A stretch of DNA of 63,919 nucleotides, filler included, from Thermoplasmatota archaeon (GCA_041623215.1; 3 parts of 3 records of this genome joined end to end with filler, not necessarily neighbours in it); one strand, 5' to 3'; shown: positions 47,050 through 56,906, counted from the whole stretch's first letter. Numbers and translations are program-made. Notes: a model not told the origin generated them from the sequence alone.

Positions 47050-47730
47050 GTGAATGCGGCCTTTCTGATTGCAGCGGCTATGCTAGGTGTGGCCTCCATC
47101 CTGGACCTGCAAAGTCGACGCGTCAGCAACCGCGTGTGGATTCCGTTTGTTGCCGCCGCTATGCCGTTCCAAGTTATTGCTCTCTTTGACTACGGCGTCA
47201 TTCCCTTCGTGATTGCCGTGGGTGCCACCGCAGCAGCCTACGGCCTCTGGTACACGGGCATGCTGTTTGGGGGCGCCGACGCCAAAGCGCTCATGGTGCT
47301 CGCATGGTTGCTGCCTGCTTACCAGTCGCCCTCAGCGGACCAATTGGTTCCGGTTCTCGACTTGTTCATGAACGGCCTGTTTGCAACCATGGCCTATCCG
47401 CTGGCGTTAGCCGCCATCAACCTCGTCGGCGGCCGTCTTCACCCGGCCATGTTCATCGGCACGCCTCGCCCCCTCGACGAAATTGCCGCTCGCCACGTGT
47501 TCCCCCTGCAACGTGTTCGACCCGACGGCACGGTGTACTTTCGCGCCTGGCCAAGACGCAACGAAAACTTCGCACAAGTCGTGCAGGACCTGCGCAGCGC
47601 AGGCGTAACCGAGGCGTGGGCCACCCCCAAGATTCCCTTCATGGTGCCACTGCTGGTCGGCCTCCTCTTGGCCTGGAAATTTGGCAACCTCGTCCTGCTG
47701 GTGCTTCGCCTTAGCATGCCAGCCAGCTAG
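47050..47730 (+). CDS. A24 family prepilin/preflagellin peptidase (FlaK/PibD-like)
   Basis: Catalytic Asp motifs SILDLQSRRV and FGGADAK, plus C-terminal WATPKIPFMVPL. Alternative start 47005. Confidence 0.88.
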   Translation: MNAAFLIAAAMLGVASILDLQSRRVSNRVWIPFVAAAMPFQVIALFDYGVIPFVIAVGATAAAYGLWYTGMLFGGADAKALMVLAWLLPAYQSPSADQLVPVLDLFMNGLFATMAYPLALAAINLVGGRLHPAMFIGTPRPLDEIAARHVFPLQRVRPDGTVYFRAWPRRNENFAQVVQDLRSAGVTEAWATPKIPFMVPLLVGLLLAWKFGNLVLLVLRLSMPAS

Positions 47731-47855
47731 AATCCATAGCGAACGAGGTCCGAGACTTCGTGTGCCAACCACGCCGCAAAGGCGATGAAGAACAAGATGA
47801 CCGCGATGCGGATGAGCCAAACGGGCTCCTCCCCCGGCACCGGCTCATCGCCCAC
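47727..47855 (-). CDS. Possible 42-aa single-TM microprotein
   Basis: Clean hydrophobic helix WLIRIAVILFFIAFAAWLA in an otherwise empty gap. Confidence 0.5.
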   Translation of the reverse strand: MGDEPVPGEEPVWLIRIAVILFFIAFAAWLAHEVSDLVRYGF

Positions 47856-47977
47856 GGCCTGGCTGCCCCGCGCCGTGGACTTGCGCGCATCCGTCGTTGC
47901 GGCGGAACTGCGCTTCGATTCGCTTGGCACAGGCCGGCAGTGACAACGGTCATCAAAGGCGTTGGGCTGGCCGCCGC

Positions 47978-49039
47978 GTGAACGACGACCATCCATTCAC
48001 CGCCGCCAAGGAAATCGTCGGCGACCTGGAACCCCTTCTGGAGCGCGCGGCACTCACGGCCAAGGGCCATGGCGAGAAGCCCAAGGCCTACATCGGCTTC
48101 GAGCCGAGCGGCACGGCGCACATCGGTTGGATGGTTTGCACGCAGACCATCAAGGAAATGGTCGAAGCGGGATTCGAGGTCATCATCCTGCTCGCCGACT
48201 GGCACGCCCAGATTAACGACAAACTGGGCGGCGACCTTGCGGCCATTCGGCGCTGCGGCGAGTACATGAAGGACGCCTTCGAAGCCCTCGGCGTTGCCCG
48301 CGAAACGGTCACGTACCGGTGGGCGCAGGAGTTTGCCGAAGACGCCACCTACTGGGCAACAGTGATTCAAGTTGCCAAGAGTACCACCCTCAAACGCATG
48401 CGCCGCGCCATGACCATCATGGGCCGGGCGGAGGACGAGGGCGACGGCGACATGTCGAAATTCCTCTACCCCGCCATGCAAGTGGCCGACATTTTCCACA
48501 TGGGCATCGACCTTGCCTACGGGGGCATGGACCAACGGCATGCTCACATGCTTGCCCGGGACGTCGCCAAGAAACTGGGCCACGAGCCGCCCGTGGCACT
48601 GCACACCGGCTTGGTGCCAAGCTTGGCCGGTGGCAAAGGCCGCATGGACCCGGCCGAAATCAAGATGAGCAAGTCGGACCCCAACTCAGGCATCTTCCTG
48701 CATGACACCGCCAAAGAGGTTCAAAAGAAGCTCAACAAGGCCCATTGTCCCGCAGGCCAAACGGACGACAACCCCGTCTTGGACTTGCTTGACATGGTAA
48801 TCTGGCCTCGCCTCACGGATGGCTTCCACATCGAGCGCCCGGAGAAGTTTGGTGGACCCCTCCACTACGATTCCTACCAAGCCGTCGTGGACGCCTTCAC
48901 GGCCGGCGACTTGCACCCCATGGACCTCAAGAACGGCGTGGCGGCGGCCCTGAACGCCATTTTAGATCCGGTGCGAGACTACTTCGAGGCCCACCCGGAC
49001 AACCTGGACTTCATTCAGGGTTTGGCGAGAACGAGGTAA
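47978..49039 (+). CDS. tyrS: Tyrosine--tRNA ligase, archaeal type
   Basis: AYIGFEPSG.AHIGW, LADWHA, YPAMQVADI, GGMDQR and KMSKS. Confidence 0.96.
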   Translation: MNDDHPFTAAKEIVGDLEPLLERAALTAKGHGEKPKAYIGFEPSGTAHIGWMVCTQTIKEMVEAGFEVIILLADWHAQINDKLGGDLAAIRRCGEYMKDAFEALGVARETVTYRWAQEFAEDATYWATVIQVAKSTTLKRMRRAMTIMGRAEDEGDGDMSKFLYPAMQVADIFHMGIDLAYGGMDQRHAHMLARDVAKKLGHEPPVALHTGLVPSLAGGKGRMDPAEIKMSKSDPNSGIFLHDTAKEVQKKLNKAHCPAGQTDDNPVLDLLDMVIWPRLTDGFHIERPEKFGGPLHYDSYQAVVDAFTAGDLHPMDLKNGVAAALNAILDPVRDYFEAHPDNLDFIQGLARTR

Positions 49040-49074
49040 CGGCGCTACGCCGCCACGCCACGGGCACCGTGTCG

Positions 49075-49890
49075 CTAGGCACGCAAAGCATCAAGCATCG
49101 CCGCATGCACCTTTGCCGCTTGCCACCCTTGAGCAAGCGCAGCCCGTTCCAGGCCCCCTGCCTCTACGTCCCAGGCCAGGCCATCTTTGTATGCGATGTC
49201 CCACAGTAGCAAACCCGCCGCCGGAGCCGTCTTGAAATTGGGGTGCGGGGCGCCGGTTTCGAGCGACGCCGCCACGTCCTCCGGGGCAGCCTTTCCTTGA
49301 CCGACGGCTAGTGCGGCCCCCACCATGCGACGCACCTGGTTCCAGAGAAAGTTCGGGCCGGCGATGGTGAACCACCAGCCCGCATGATCGTGCGTCGTGC
49401 AGACAGTCGCTTCGTCGATGCGGCGCCTTGGGTTGCGACCTTCCTCGTAACGGGCAAACGCCGCCATATCGTGTTCGCCAACAAACGTGGCTAAGGCACG
49501 TTCGATAGCGGCCTGGTTTTCGCCAGCTTGGGGGGCCACATAGCGATAGGTGCGACGCTGGGCATAGCGCGGGTTCCAATCGGAGTGCACAGGCGACGCG
49601 CCCGTCACCCAAACGCCCGGTGGCAGGCGGCTATTCATGGCCGGCACGAGGCCCTTGAGGTGGGGGCGCTGGACGGCCATGCGAGCCACATTGCACCGGG
49701 CCGAAACGCCTGCATCGGTGCGACTCCCTGTGCGCCAGGAGCCGTCGACGAAGCCTTCGTCAACTGCGGCCTCCATGAGAGCCCCTTCCACCGTGCTAGC
49801 AAGCGCCGGGTCGCGAGCATAGGCATCAAAGCGTGCGCCATCGTAGGCAAAACGTAGGGCAACCGTAATGGAATTGCCCGACCGGTTCAT
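49075..49890 (-). CDS. truA: tRNA pseudouridine(38-40) synthase
   Basis: AYDG, GSRTDAGVSA, RTYRY, FLWNQVRRMVG and APAAGLLL. Confidence 0.92.
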   Translation of the reverse strand: MNRSGNSITVALRFAYDGARFDAYARDPALASTVEGALMEAAVDEGFVDGSWRTGSRTDAGVSARCNVARMAVQRPHLKGLVPAMNSRLPPGVWVTGASPVHSDWNPRYAQRRTYRYVAPQAGENQAAIERALATFVGEHDMAAFARYEEGRNPRRRIDEATVCTTHDHAGWWFTIAGPNFLWNQVRRMVGAALAVGQGKAAPEDVAASLETGAPHPNFKTAPAAGLLLWDIAYKDGLAWDVEAGGLERAALAQGWQAAKVHAAMLDALRA

Positions 49891-50363
49891 TTCGCCTCGG
49901 AGACCTCTACGGCGCCGGGCCCGGCATGGCCCCTGGCGACCGGCTCGGCAACCGCTTCGCCATCACGAAGCACGAGCCGCACCGAACCTGCGGGCGGTGC
50001 TTGGCTGACCGGTTTGCCGACTAGGTTGATGGGGTTGCCATCAAGGTCCCCGTAGATCCAGAAATAGCCCACGTCCGACTCATGTGGCGCGCGTAACAGG
50101 TTCCAGCCGGCCGCTTCCAAGTGGGCGCGCAGGTCGGCGGCGTCGCCGCTGATGCTGAAGCCAATGGCCGTATCCAACATGGTGGTAGGTCGCTCATCCC
50201 AGCGATGCAGCACCAATTGCAGGCCATCGGCGTGCTGGAGGACGTTCATGTCTCCCGCCTCTCGCTCCAGTTCGAAGCCCAAAGCGGCGTAGAGTCGGGT
50301 TGATGCCTCGACATCCCGCACATAGCGGGCAATGTTGCGAAGGGATAGCGTTAGTTCGCTCAT
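49887..50363 (-). CDS. VOC/glyoxalase family protein
   Basis: VRDVEAS.RLY.ALGF and DLDGNPINL. ATGA overlap with truA. Confidence 0.8.
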   Translation of the reverse strand: MSELTLSLRNIARYVRDVEASTRLYAALGFELEREAGDMNVLQHADGLQLVLHRWDERPTTMLDTAIGFSISGDAADLRAHLEAAGWNLLRAPHESDVGYFWIYGDLDGNPINLVGKPVSQAPPAGSVRLVLRDGEAVAEPVARGHAGPGAVEVSEAK

Positions 50364-50445
50364 GCAACTTCCACTCAGACGACGTTGATAGAGGTGCCGC
50401 GCCCCAGGCCGTCAGCGCCAAGAACCGGAGCCAAGCTGTTCATGC

Positions 50446-51525
50446 GTGGCCAGCGTCGCGGTAACATGGGAACCCAAGAGCCAGGCAGAGCGAGACCTCG
50501 TTGCTAAGCATTTGGCCGACAATGCCGTCTGGCTGGTTGATGACCCTGGAGCAGCCCTGGCTTGCAAGACAGCATTCATGTTTTGGCCCAGAACCGAACT
50601 GCGCGCCGCGGACCTGTCCTGGAGCGAATGGCCGGCGCTTGAGCAGGTCCATTTAGCGACAGCCGGCGCCAACCATATCGGTTGGCGCGACTTGCCCGCC
50701 ACCCTTGAGGTGTCCGTCACGCCAGGCGCGTCCGGTCCCGCGATGGCCGAGTGGATTACGGGAGCCGTGGTCAGCTGGACCCGTGGCCAATGGTTGCATT
50801 CGAGGCGCATTCGTGAGGGCCGTTTCGAGCTGGGTGCACCGACGCGCAGTCTACACGAATTGACCATTGGCTTCGTTGGCTACGGCGGCATTGCTCAACA
50901 CGCGGTTGACGCGCTCTGGGCACTGGCCGCAGCCATCCCCCGACCGCCAGGGGCGGAGCAGGGCACCGAGGGGGCGTTCGCGGACCAACCTGCGCAAGGG
51001 CCGCGTTTCATGGCGGTGACGCGCACGGGCCAGTCGGACGACCCTCGGCTGGCATGGACTGGCACAATGGAACAGTTGGCCGACATGGCGGGTGCCTGCG
51101 ATGTGTTGATTGTAGCACTACCGCTGACCACAGCGACCAAGGGCGTGGTGGACGCTGCTGTGTTGGCTCGAATGAGTCTTCGTGAAACTCTGCTCGTGAA
51201 CGTGGCACGAGGCCCGGTCGTTGACGAGACAAGCCTGTTCGCCTGGCTGGATGCCGATATCAACCGGCACTTCGCCGCCCTCGATGTCTGGTGGAGGTAC
51301 CCCCGACTGCCCGAGGAAGATTACCCATTCCATGAACCCTTCCAGCGCTTGCCCAACGTCTTGATGACACCCCACGCATCGCCCAACACAGCTGGCTTCA
51401 GACTGCGCATGATTGACGCCGGAGCCCAGGCGCTGGCGGCAGCAGGGCGAAGCGGGCAACGTGCAAACGTGGTTGATCGCGACGCGTACGAGGGTATCGC
51501 CTTCGACGCTGACCCGCGAGGCTAG
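50446..51525 (+). CDS. D-2-hydroxyacid dehydrogenase family protein
   Basis: GYGGIA, LPLT..T.G, NVARGPVVDE, ALDVW and MTPH. Confidence 0.9.
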   Translation: MASVAVTWEPKSQAERDLVAKHLADNAVWLVDDPGAALACKTAFMFWPRTELRAADLSWSEWPALEQVHLATAGANHIGWRDLPATLEVSVTPGASGPAMAEWITGAVVSWTRGQWLHSRRIREGRFELGAPTRSLHELTIGFVGYGGIAQHAVDALWALAAAIPRPPGAEQGTEGAFADQPAQGPRFMAVTRTGQSDDPRLAWTGTMEQLADMAGACDVLIVALPLTTATKGVVDAAVLARMSLRETLLVNVARGPVVDETSLFAWLDADINRHFAALDVWWRYPRLPEEDYPFHEPFQRLPNVLMTPHASPNTAGFRLRMIDAGAQALAAAGRSGQRANVVDRDAYEGIAFDADPRG

Positions 51526-51587
51526 ACGCCGAGCGGGCAAATTCCGCCCCGACACAGGGCCGGGCGATTCCTGTGGCCGAATGGCAC

Positions 51588-51622
51588 CAAAAGGGGAAAG
51601 GAAGGGGAAGGGGAAAGAGGGT
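51588..51622 (-). terminator. Pyrimidine-rich tract after the large surface-protein gene
   Basis: Minus strand reads CCCTCTTTCCCCTTCCCCTTCCTTTCCCCTTTT about 13 nt after the stop codon. Confidence 0.45.
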
Positions 51623-51634
51623 TAGCCGATTGGA

Positions 51635-54600
51635 CTACTCTTCGTCAGCGCCGCCCTTCTTGTTCATGACAAAGAAGACGACACCCACGATGAGGGCCAG
51701 GGCGAGCAGAATCCAGAGCCAGCGGGAACTGCCGCTGTCTTCGGGTTCGTCTTGGAACGCCGGCGTTTCGGTTTCGTTGCCGCCACCCGGCAGACCATCC
51801 ACGGGGTTGGTCTCAGGTTCCGGTTCGGGCTCGGGTTCAGGTTCCGGTTCGGGCTCGGGTTCCGGCTCGGGTTCGGGTTCCGGTTCGGGGTCCGTGTTGG
51901 AACCGCCGCCGCCACCGCCACCGCCGCCACCGCTGCGGCGGGCCTCTTGGGCACCGATGACGAACTTGCCATCCACGCTGCCTTCGAAGACCACGGTGTA
52001 TTCGTTGGCCGTGCGGTCGTGCTCAGCCGACAACAGCGTCACGTTGGTCGAGCCGTTGCCCATGAAGATGGTGCCAGAGCCCATGGAGACGACATCAATC
52101 CAGGTGGTGCCGTTCCAGAACATGAGGGAGCTGCTGCGGTCACCGAGACCGAAGAGCGCCATTTGTTCGTCCGTGTAGTTGAACACAATCGTCGTGGAGG
52201 TGACGTTGGTTGCATCGTGGCCGTCGCCTTGTTCGAGACAGAAGTACCGGAGGGCGTGGTGGCGCGGGAACACGCTGGTGACGCTCGGCACGCCAGCGGT
52301 GTCGTTGCCACCAACCACGTCAAGGTGGGCTTCGATGCTGCCGTTTTCCGGACCAATGGCGTAGCTCACGTTGGTGAACGTGTAATTGCCAGCCATGCTG
52401 ATGACGGTGCCATTCTCGGCGGTGTCATTGTGCACATCGTTGTGCGCGCGCATGTCGGCGAATTCGGCCAAGTCAATGCTGTCATTGTCCGTGCTCACCG
52501 TGTAGGTGGCGGGGAACAGACCGGGGAAGCCGAGGCCGTCTTCGAAGAGCATGAAGAACTCATCGGTGGTGGTGCCGTCAATGAATTCACCTTCGTAGAC
52601 CAGGGGCCCGAAGCCACCGATGGCTTCGACCCAGAAGGCGAAGCCGCCGGCGGCGTCTCCGTGGCCCTCGTGGTCAAATTCGTATTCGACGAACATCGCA
52701 GCCTCGAGGGGCGTGAAGTTGACGTTGACCCAGCCGAAGCCGACGTTGCTCATGGCACCGTGTTCGTCCCACACCGTGAGGGTGACATTGTAGTCGCCGG
52801 GGTACGAGTAGGTGTGCGAGGGGGATTCCTCGTCGCTGGTGGTGCCGTCGCCGAAGTCCCAGGCATACGCGGTGATGGCGTCGCCATCCTCGTCGGATTC
52901 CGTGAATCCGTGAACACGGGGCAGGTACAATTCGTTGGTGAAGAGTGTTTCATTGCCCTCAGGGCCCACAACGACGGGCGCGTTAGTCACGGTGACATTC
53001 TTCGAGGCGAACACGGTTGTGTTCTCGTCGCTCACGGTTAGGGTCACGGTGTAGGTCCCGACGCCAGCATACGTGTGGTTGGTCGCGGGGACTGCACCAG
53101 TTCCGCCTTCGCCGGTCTCGTCGCCGAAGTCCCAGCTCCACGTCAGGAGGCTGGCGTTGGTGTCGGGGTCAAAGACACTGGGCGTGAACTCGAACAAGTG
53201 CGAGGGGTCAGCCAGCATGGTGTCGACGGTGAAGTCGACGGTCGGGGGCGTGTCAATGTCTACCACGAGAATGGTGACCGTGGCTTCGCTTGAGCTGCCG
53301 TTGCCGTCGGACACCGTGTAGTTGAACGAATCAACACCGGTGAAGTTGACCTCCGGTGTGTAGGTGACATTGGGGCCATCGAAGGATGCGGTCCCATTGC
53401 TGGGCAGCGTGAGTCCCGTGATGGTCAAGGTGTCACCATCGGCGTCGCTGTCGTTTGCAAGCACATCAATGGTGACCGGGGTCTCCACATCGGTACTGCC
53501 TTCGTCATCAACGGCGTCCGGGGCATCGTTGACCGCGGCCACCGTGACGGTGACCGTGGCGTTCGAACTGGAGACACCGTCAGCGACCGTGTACTCGAAG
53601 CTGTCCGTGCCGCTAAACTCAGCAGCCGGGGTGTAGGTGATGTTGAGTCCACCGATTGCCGTGTGCGCCGTTCCCTCACTGGGAGCAAGACCGTTGATGG
53701 TAACCGTGCCGCCCATGGCGGTCATGCCGGCCTCGCCAGCGCTGGTGATGCTTAGTACGTCGCCTTCAGCATCACTGTCGTTGGCAAGCACATCAATGAT
53801 GATGGCCACATCTTCATCAGTCTCAGCGCTGTCGTCAACGGCGACAGGCGCGTCGTTGATTTCGGTGACAGTGATGTTCACCGTGGCCGTGTCGGTCTCA
53901 CCGTTGCCATCCGAGATGGTGTAGGTCAGAGAGTCCGTGCCCGAGAATTCTGCATTGGGCGTGTAGGTGATGTTGGTGCCGTCGTGGCTAGCGGTGCCGT
54001 TGGTGGGCAGCGTCATGCTCGTGATGGACAAGTCGTCCCCGTCAACGTCGGTGTCGTTGGACAGGACTTCGATCACGGCGGTGTCGTCCTCGTCCATGGT
54101 GAGCGAGTCATCCATGGCATCAGGTGCGTCGTTGACGCCGGTGACCGTCACCGTGACCGTCGCGGCGGCACTTGTGGAGCCTTCGTTGTCAGCGACCGTG
54201 TAGTCGAATGAATCGACGCCAAAGAAGTCGGCGGCGGGCGTGTAAGTGATGTTGCCGGTGGCGGGGTCGATGGTCACGTCACCGTTGCTCGGTCCGCTCA
54301 CGACTGCGACCGTGGTGGCGTCAATGGACCCATCAGAGTCCGTGTCGTTGGCAAGCACGTCGATTTCCACCGATGTGTCCTCCAGGGTTTCAGCGGCATC
54401 GTCGTTCGTGATGGGCGCAATGTTGGCACCAGGGTAGAAGCGAACAGCCGCGCTCTTGGGAACCTCATTAGCCTTGGTGACTAGCTTGTACTGGAGGCCA
54501 ATGGAACCCCCGTCATTCTGGATGCCGATACCGGCGGTCGCGGGCCCCTTGCTGGGGTTGAACTTCATGCCAGAGCCGTAGTGAATCTCAATGCTGCCGT

Positions 54601-55174
54601 CAGCCTCGAAAAGCTTGAACTGCATGTCCACGAGGTCCGCGCTGCTCTGCGTGTAGCGCAGGGAGGCGTACTGGATGAGGAGGACCTGGGAACCAGGGCT
54701 TCCTTGGACCTCGTAGTAGATGTCACCGGCACAGTGGGTTAGTCCGGAGGCAGCGCCACAGGCGTCACTCCAGAAGCCAGCCACTTGGACCGTACCGTGG
54801 GATGCGGTGGGCATCGTGGCCGGGACCGTGGGATTGGTACTGGCATTGGTGAAGCTCAGGAAACCATTGCTGGATGCATGAACGGTATCGTAGACCACGC
54901 CGTAGAATGTGAAATTGAAGAATCCAATCGTGTGCATGGTGTTGTCACCTGCGCCGACCGGGGTCCCCGTGCCGGTGATGTCAACGATGTCCAGGGTCGG
55001 ACCTCCACCTTCGGCGCTGTCGATGTACTGGTATCCACCTGCGTCGGGGCCACCTGTGGCGGCCGCGGCGGTGGGGGCTAGGACCAAAGCGGCGCCGGCC
55101 AAAGTCGCACCCGATAATAGGGCGACCATGAGGACACTGAGCCAGGTCTGATTGCGGTTCATTTTGTTGTGCAT
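51635..55174 (-). CDS. Large cell-surface protein with four cadherin-like/Ig (tandem-95) repeats, two PKD domains and a C-terminal TM anchor
   Basis: Signal peptide; NDAP.A.DD..IDVLAND.D.DG repeats; WDFGD twice; poly-G and (PE)n linker; many N-x-S/T sequons. Confidence 0.9.
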   Translation of the reverse strand: MHNKMNRNQTWLSVLMVALLSGATLAGAALVLAPTAAAATGGPDAGGYQYIDSAEGGGPTLDIVDITGTGTPVGAGDNTMHTIGFFNFTFYGVVYDTVHASSNGFLSFTNASTNPTVPATMPTASHGTVQVAGFWSDACGAASGLTHCAGDIYYEVQGSPGSQVLLIQYASLRYTQSSADLVDMQFKLFEADGSIEIHYGSGMKFNPSKGPATAGIGIQNDGGSIGLQYKLVTKANEVPKSAAVRFYPGANIAPITNDDAAETLEDTSVEIDVLANDTDSDGSIDATTVAVVSGPSNGDVTIDPATGNITYTPAADFFGVDSFDYTVADNEGSTSAAATVTVTVTGVNDAPDAMDDSLTMDEDDTAVIEVLSNDTDVDGDDLSITSMTLPTNGTASHDGTNITYTPNAEFSGTDSLTYTISDGNGETDTATVNITVTEINDAPVAVDDSAETDEDVAIIIDVLANDSDAEGDVLSITSAGEAGMTAMGGTVTINGLAPSEGTAHTAIGGLNITYTPAAEFSGTDSFEYTVADGVSSSNATVTVTVAAVNDAPDAVDDEGSTDVETPVTIDVLANDSDADGDTLTITGLTLPSNGTASFDGPNVTYTPEVNFTGVDSFNYTVSDGNGSSSEATVTILVVDIDTPPTVDFTVDTMLADPSHLFEFTPSVFDPDTNASLLTWSWDFGDETGEGGTGAVPATNHTYAGVGTYTVTLTVSDENTTVFASKNVTVTNAPVVVGPEGNETLFTNELYLPRVHGFTESDEDGDAITAYAWDFGDGTTSDEESPSHTYSYPGDYNVTLTVWDEHGAMSNVGFGWVNVNFTPLEAAMFVEYEFDHEGHGDAAGGFAFWVEAIGGFGPLVYEGEFIDGTTTDEFFMLFEDGLGFPGLFPATYTVSTDNDSIDLAEFADMRAHNDVHNDTAENGTVISMAGNYTFTNVSYAIGPENGSIEAHLDVVGGNDTAGVPSVTSVFPRHHALRYFCLEQGDGHDATNVTSTTIVFNYTDEQMALFGLGDRSSSLMFWNGTTWIDVVSMGSGTIFMGNGSTNVTLLSAEHDRTANEYTVVFEGSVDGKFVIGAQEARRSGGGGGGGGGGSNTDPEPEPEPEPEPEPEPEPEPEPEPEPETNPVDGLPGGGNETETPAFQDEPEDSGSSRWLWILLALALIVGVVFFVMNKKGGADEE
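51815..51932 (-). repeat. Coding low-complexity repeats: (Pro-Glu)n hexamers and poly-Gly
   Basis: Degenerate 6-bp units (TTCCGG/TTCGGG/CTCGGG) and (CCG/CCA)n. Confidence 0.9.
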
Positions 55175-55175
55175 G

Positions 55176-55245
55176 GAGGTTCCACCTCGTTCCGAACCCA
55201 CGCTAGGGGGCTCTGTACCGCGAACGACAAGGGCCTTCTTTAAAG
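55176..55245 (-). promoter_or_regulatory. TATA box and leader with SD-containing mini-hairpin
   Basis: TTTAAA at 55239-55244. GAGGT-GGA-ACCTC lies immediately before ATG 55174. Confidence 0.5.
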
Positions 55246-55358
55246 AGGTATCCTGAACGGGCATGTCGCAACAGGAGAACCAAAGCCGAAAACGGCCCAG
55301 CAGGAAGCCCCGGTGCAGGTGGCCAACGGCCTAGCAGGCGGCCGCCGAAGGCACCCGT

Positions 55359-56906
55359 TTACGGCGCCAGAACCGGCGCAGCATCGGCACTAGAATCCGC
55401 CGCTTCACCTCGCCACAATACCCGCTGCGGGAAGGGAATTTCGATACCCGCCTCGCGAATTGCCTTTTCCAGCGCCGTGGTCACCACATCAATATGGCGT
55501 CGTGTGTCAGTGTAGGAGGAAATCCACCAGCGCACGCGGAAGATGAGTGCCGAATCGCCGAACTCCAAGAAGAGCGCTTCGACCGGCCGCCCATCGGCCA
55601 AGCCCGGCACGGTCTTGACCGCTTCAACCATGGTCTGGCGTGCCAATTCCACGTCCGTCCCATAGGCAACCCCCACGTGGGTTTGCAGGCGGTATTGACT
55701 ATCTGGATACGAGTGGTTGATGACCCGGTTGTTGCCGATGAGACTGTTGGGCACAATGATGGTCCGATTGTCCAAGGTCCGGATGCGCGTGGACCTCAGG
55801 CCAATGTCCACCACGTCACCCCAGGTTTGCTCCTCGGGAATTTCGACGCGGTGGCCCACCAGAAACGGCCGGTCAAGGAGAATGAAAATGCCGGCGAAGA
55901 AATTGCCCAACGTGTCCTGCGCAGCGAACGCAATCACGAGGCTAGCGGCAGCACCGCCGGCTGCAAAGTACGCCATGTTAACGCCGAAGCTGCCAATGAT
56001 GTAGAACAGGCCACCAAGGATGATTACCACGCTACCAATCTTCTCGAAGACCGGAAACAGCCGGTCGTCAAGCTCCGTGTCGCTGCGGGAGGATACCTTT
56101 CGACCCACCTCAGTAATGACTTCGCCCCAAACCCGATACACCACGTAGGTGATGATGAGCCCCAACGCCACACCCCACAGCACGTCAAGCGTTGTAAACA
56201 ACCACGCTGGCAGCTGGAAGGACTCGAGACTTGCCTTGACACCGTAAATGGCAATGAGAATGAACGTCGGTCGCGTGATGATCTTGATGATATGGTCATC
56301 CATGTCGGTCTTGGACCGGCTGGCCAAGAGCCGCAGCATCGGGTCTAGAATCAAGACCGCGATGAGCCCAATGACCAACCACGCCGACAGGTTGAGGATG
56401 AAAACGCCCACATCCCCATCCAACGGCGACGGCAGTGGGTTTTCCCACCGGCCCAGCACGAGGCCGGTTGGCTGCCACTTCGCCGACAACGCCTCCTCCA
56501 GAACCCACGCCTCGGTGCCCGCCACGGCCGTGATGCTGAACGTGGCCGCCAACTCTTGTGGCACGGCGACCTTGGGCGCCGTTATGCTGACGGTGAACGT
56601 GCGGTCGTCGCCGGGGTTAATGACCACGCGTTCCGGCGCAACTTGAAGCTCCCAGTTGGACTCGCCGGGACTCTTCAGGCTCGCCATGAGAAGCAGCGAT
56701 TCGTCCAGGAGCGGGCCACTGACAACGAAGGTCACCTCGCGGGCCTCGCCGGGGTCCATGAACAGGGTGTCCGGCCCGGAGGAAAGGATGAGTCCGCCCG
56801 CCTCGGCGGCCGACGCCGCCGGCAACGATGCAAGAATGAGGAGGCCCAAGAGGCCGGCCAATGCCGTTCGTCCAGAAACGCTCCCGAGGGCGGGCAAAGC
56901 GCGCAT
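55359..56906 (-). CDS. mscS: MscS mechanosensitive channel with N-terminal extracellular Ig-like domain
   Basis: AFAAQDTLGNFFAG, DRPF.VG, GLRSTRIRT, VPNS, VGVAYG and GIEIPFPQR. Confidence 0.92.
   Translation of the reverse strand: MRALPALGSVSGRTALAGLLGLLILASLPAASAAEAGGLILSSGPDTLFMDPGEAREVTFVVSGPLLDESLLLMASLKSPGESNWELQVAPERVVINPGDDRTFTVSITAPKVAVPQELAATFSITAVAGTEAWVLEEALSAKWQPTGLVLGRWENPLPSPLDGDVGVFILNLSAWLVIGLIAVLILDPMLRLLASRSKTDMDDHIIKIITRPTFILIAIYGVKASLESFQLPAWLFTTLDVLWGVALGLIITYVVYRVWGEVITEVGRKVSSRSDTELDDRLFPVFEKIGSVVIILGGLFYIIGSFGVNMAYFAAGGAAASLVIAFAAQDTLGNFFAGIFILLDRPFLVGHRVEIPEEQTWGDVVDIGLRSTRIRTLDNRTIIVPNSLIGNNRVINHSYPDSQYRLQTHVGVAYGTDVELARQTMVEAVKTVPGLADGRPVEALFLEFGDSALIFRVRWWISSYTDTRRHIDVVTTALEKAIREAGIEIPFPQRVLWRGEAADSSADAAPVLAP

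Noticed and set aside
51815..51932. Short tandem repeats as a CRISPR array or contingency locus
   Set aside because: They are in-frame Pro-Glu and Gly codons with synonymous variation, with no spacers and no cas genes.
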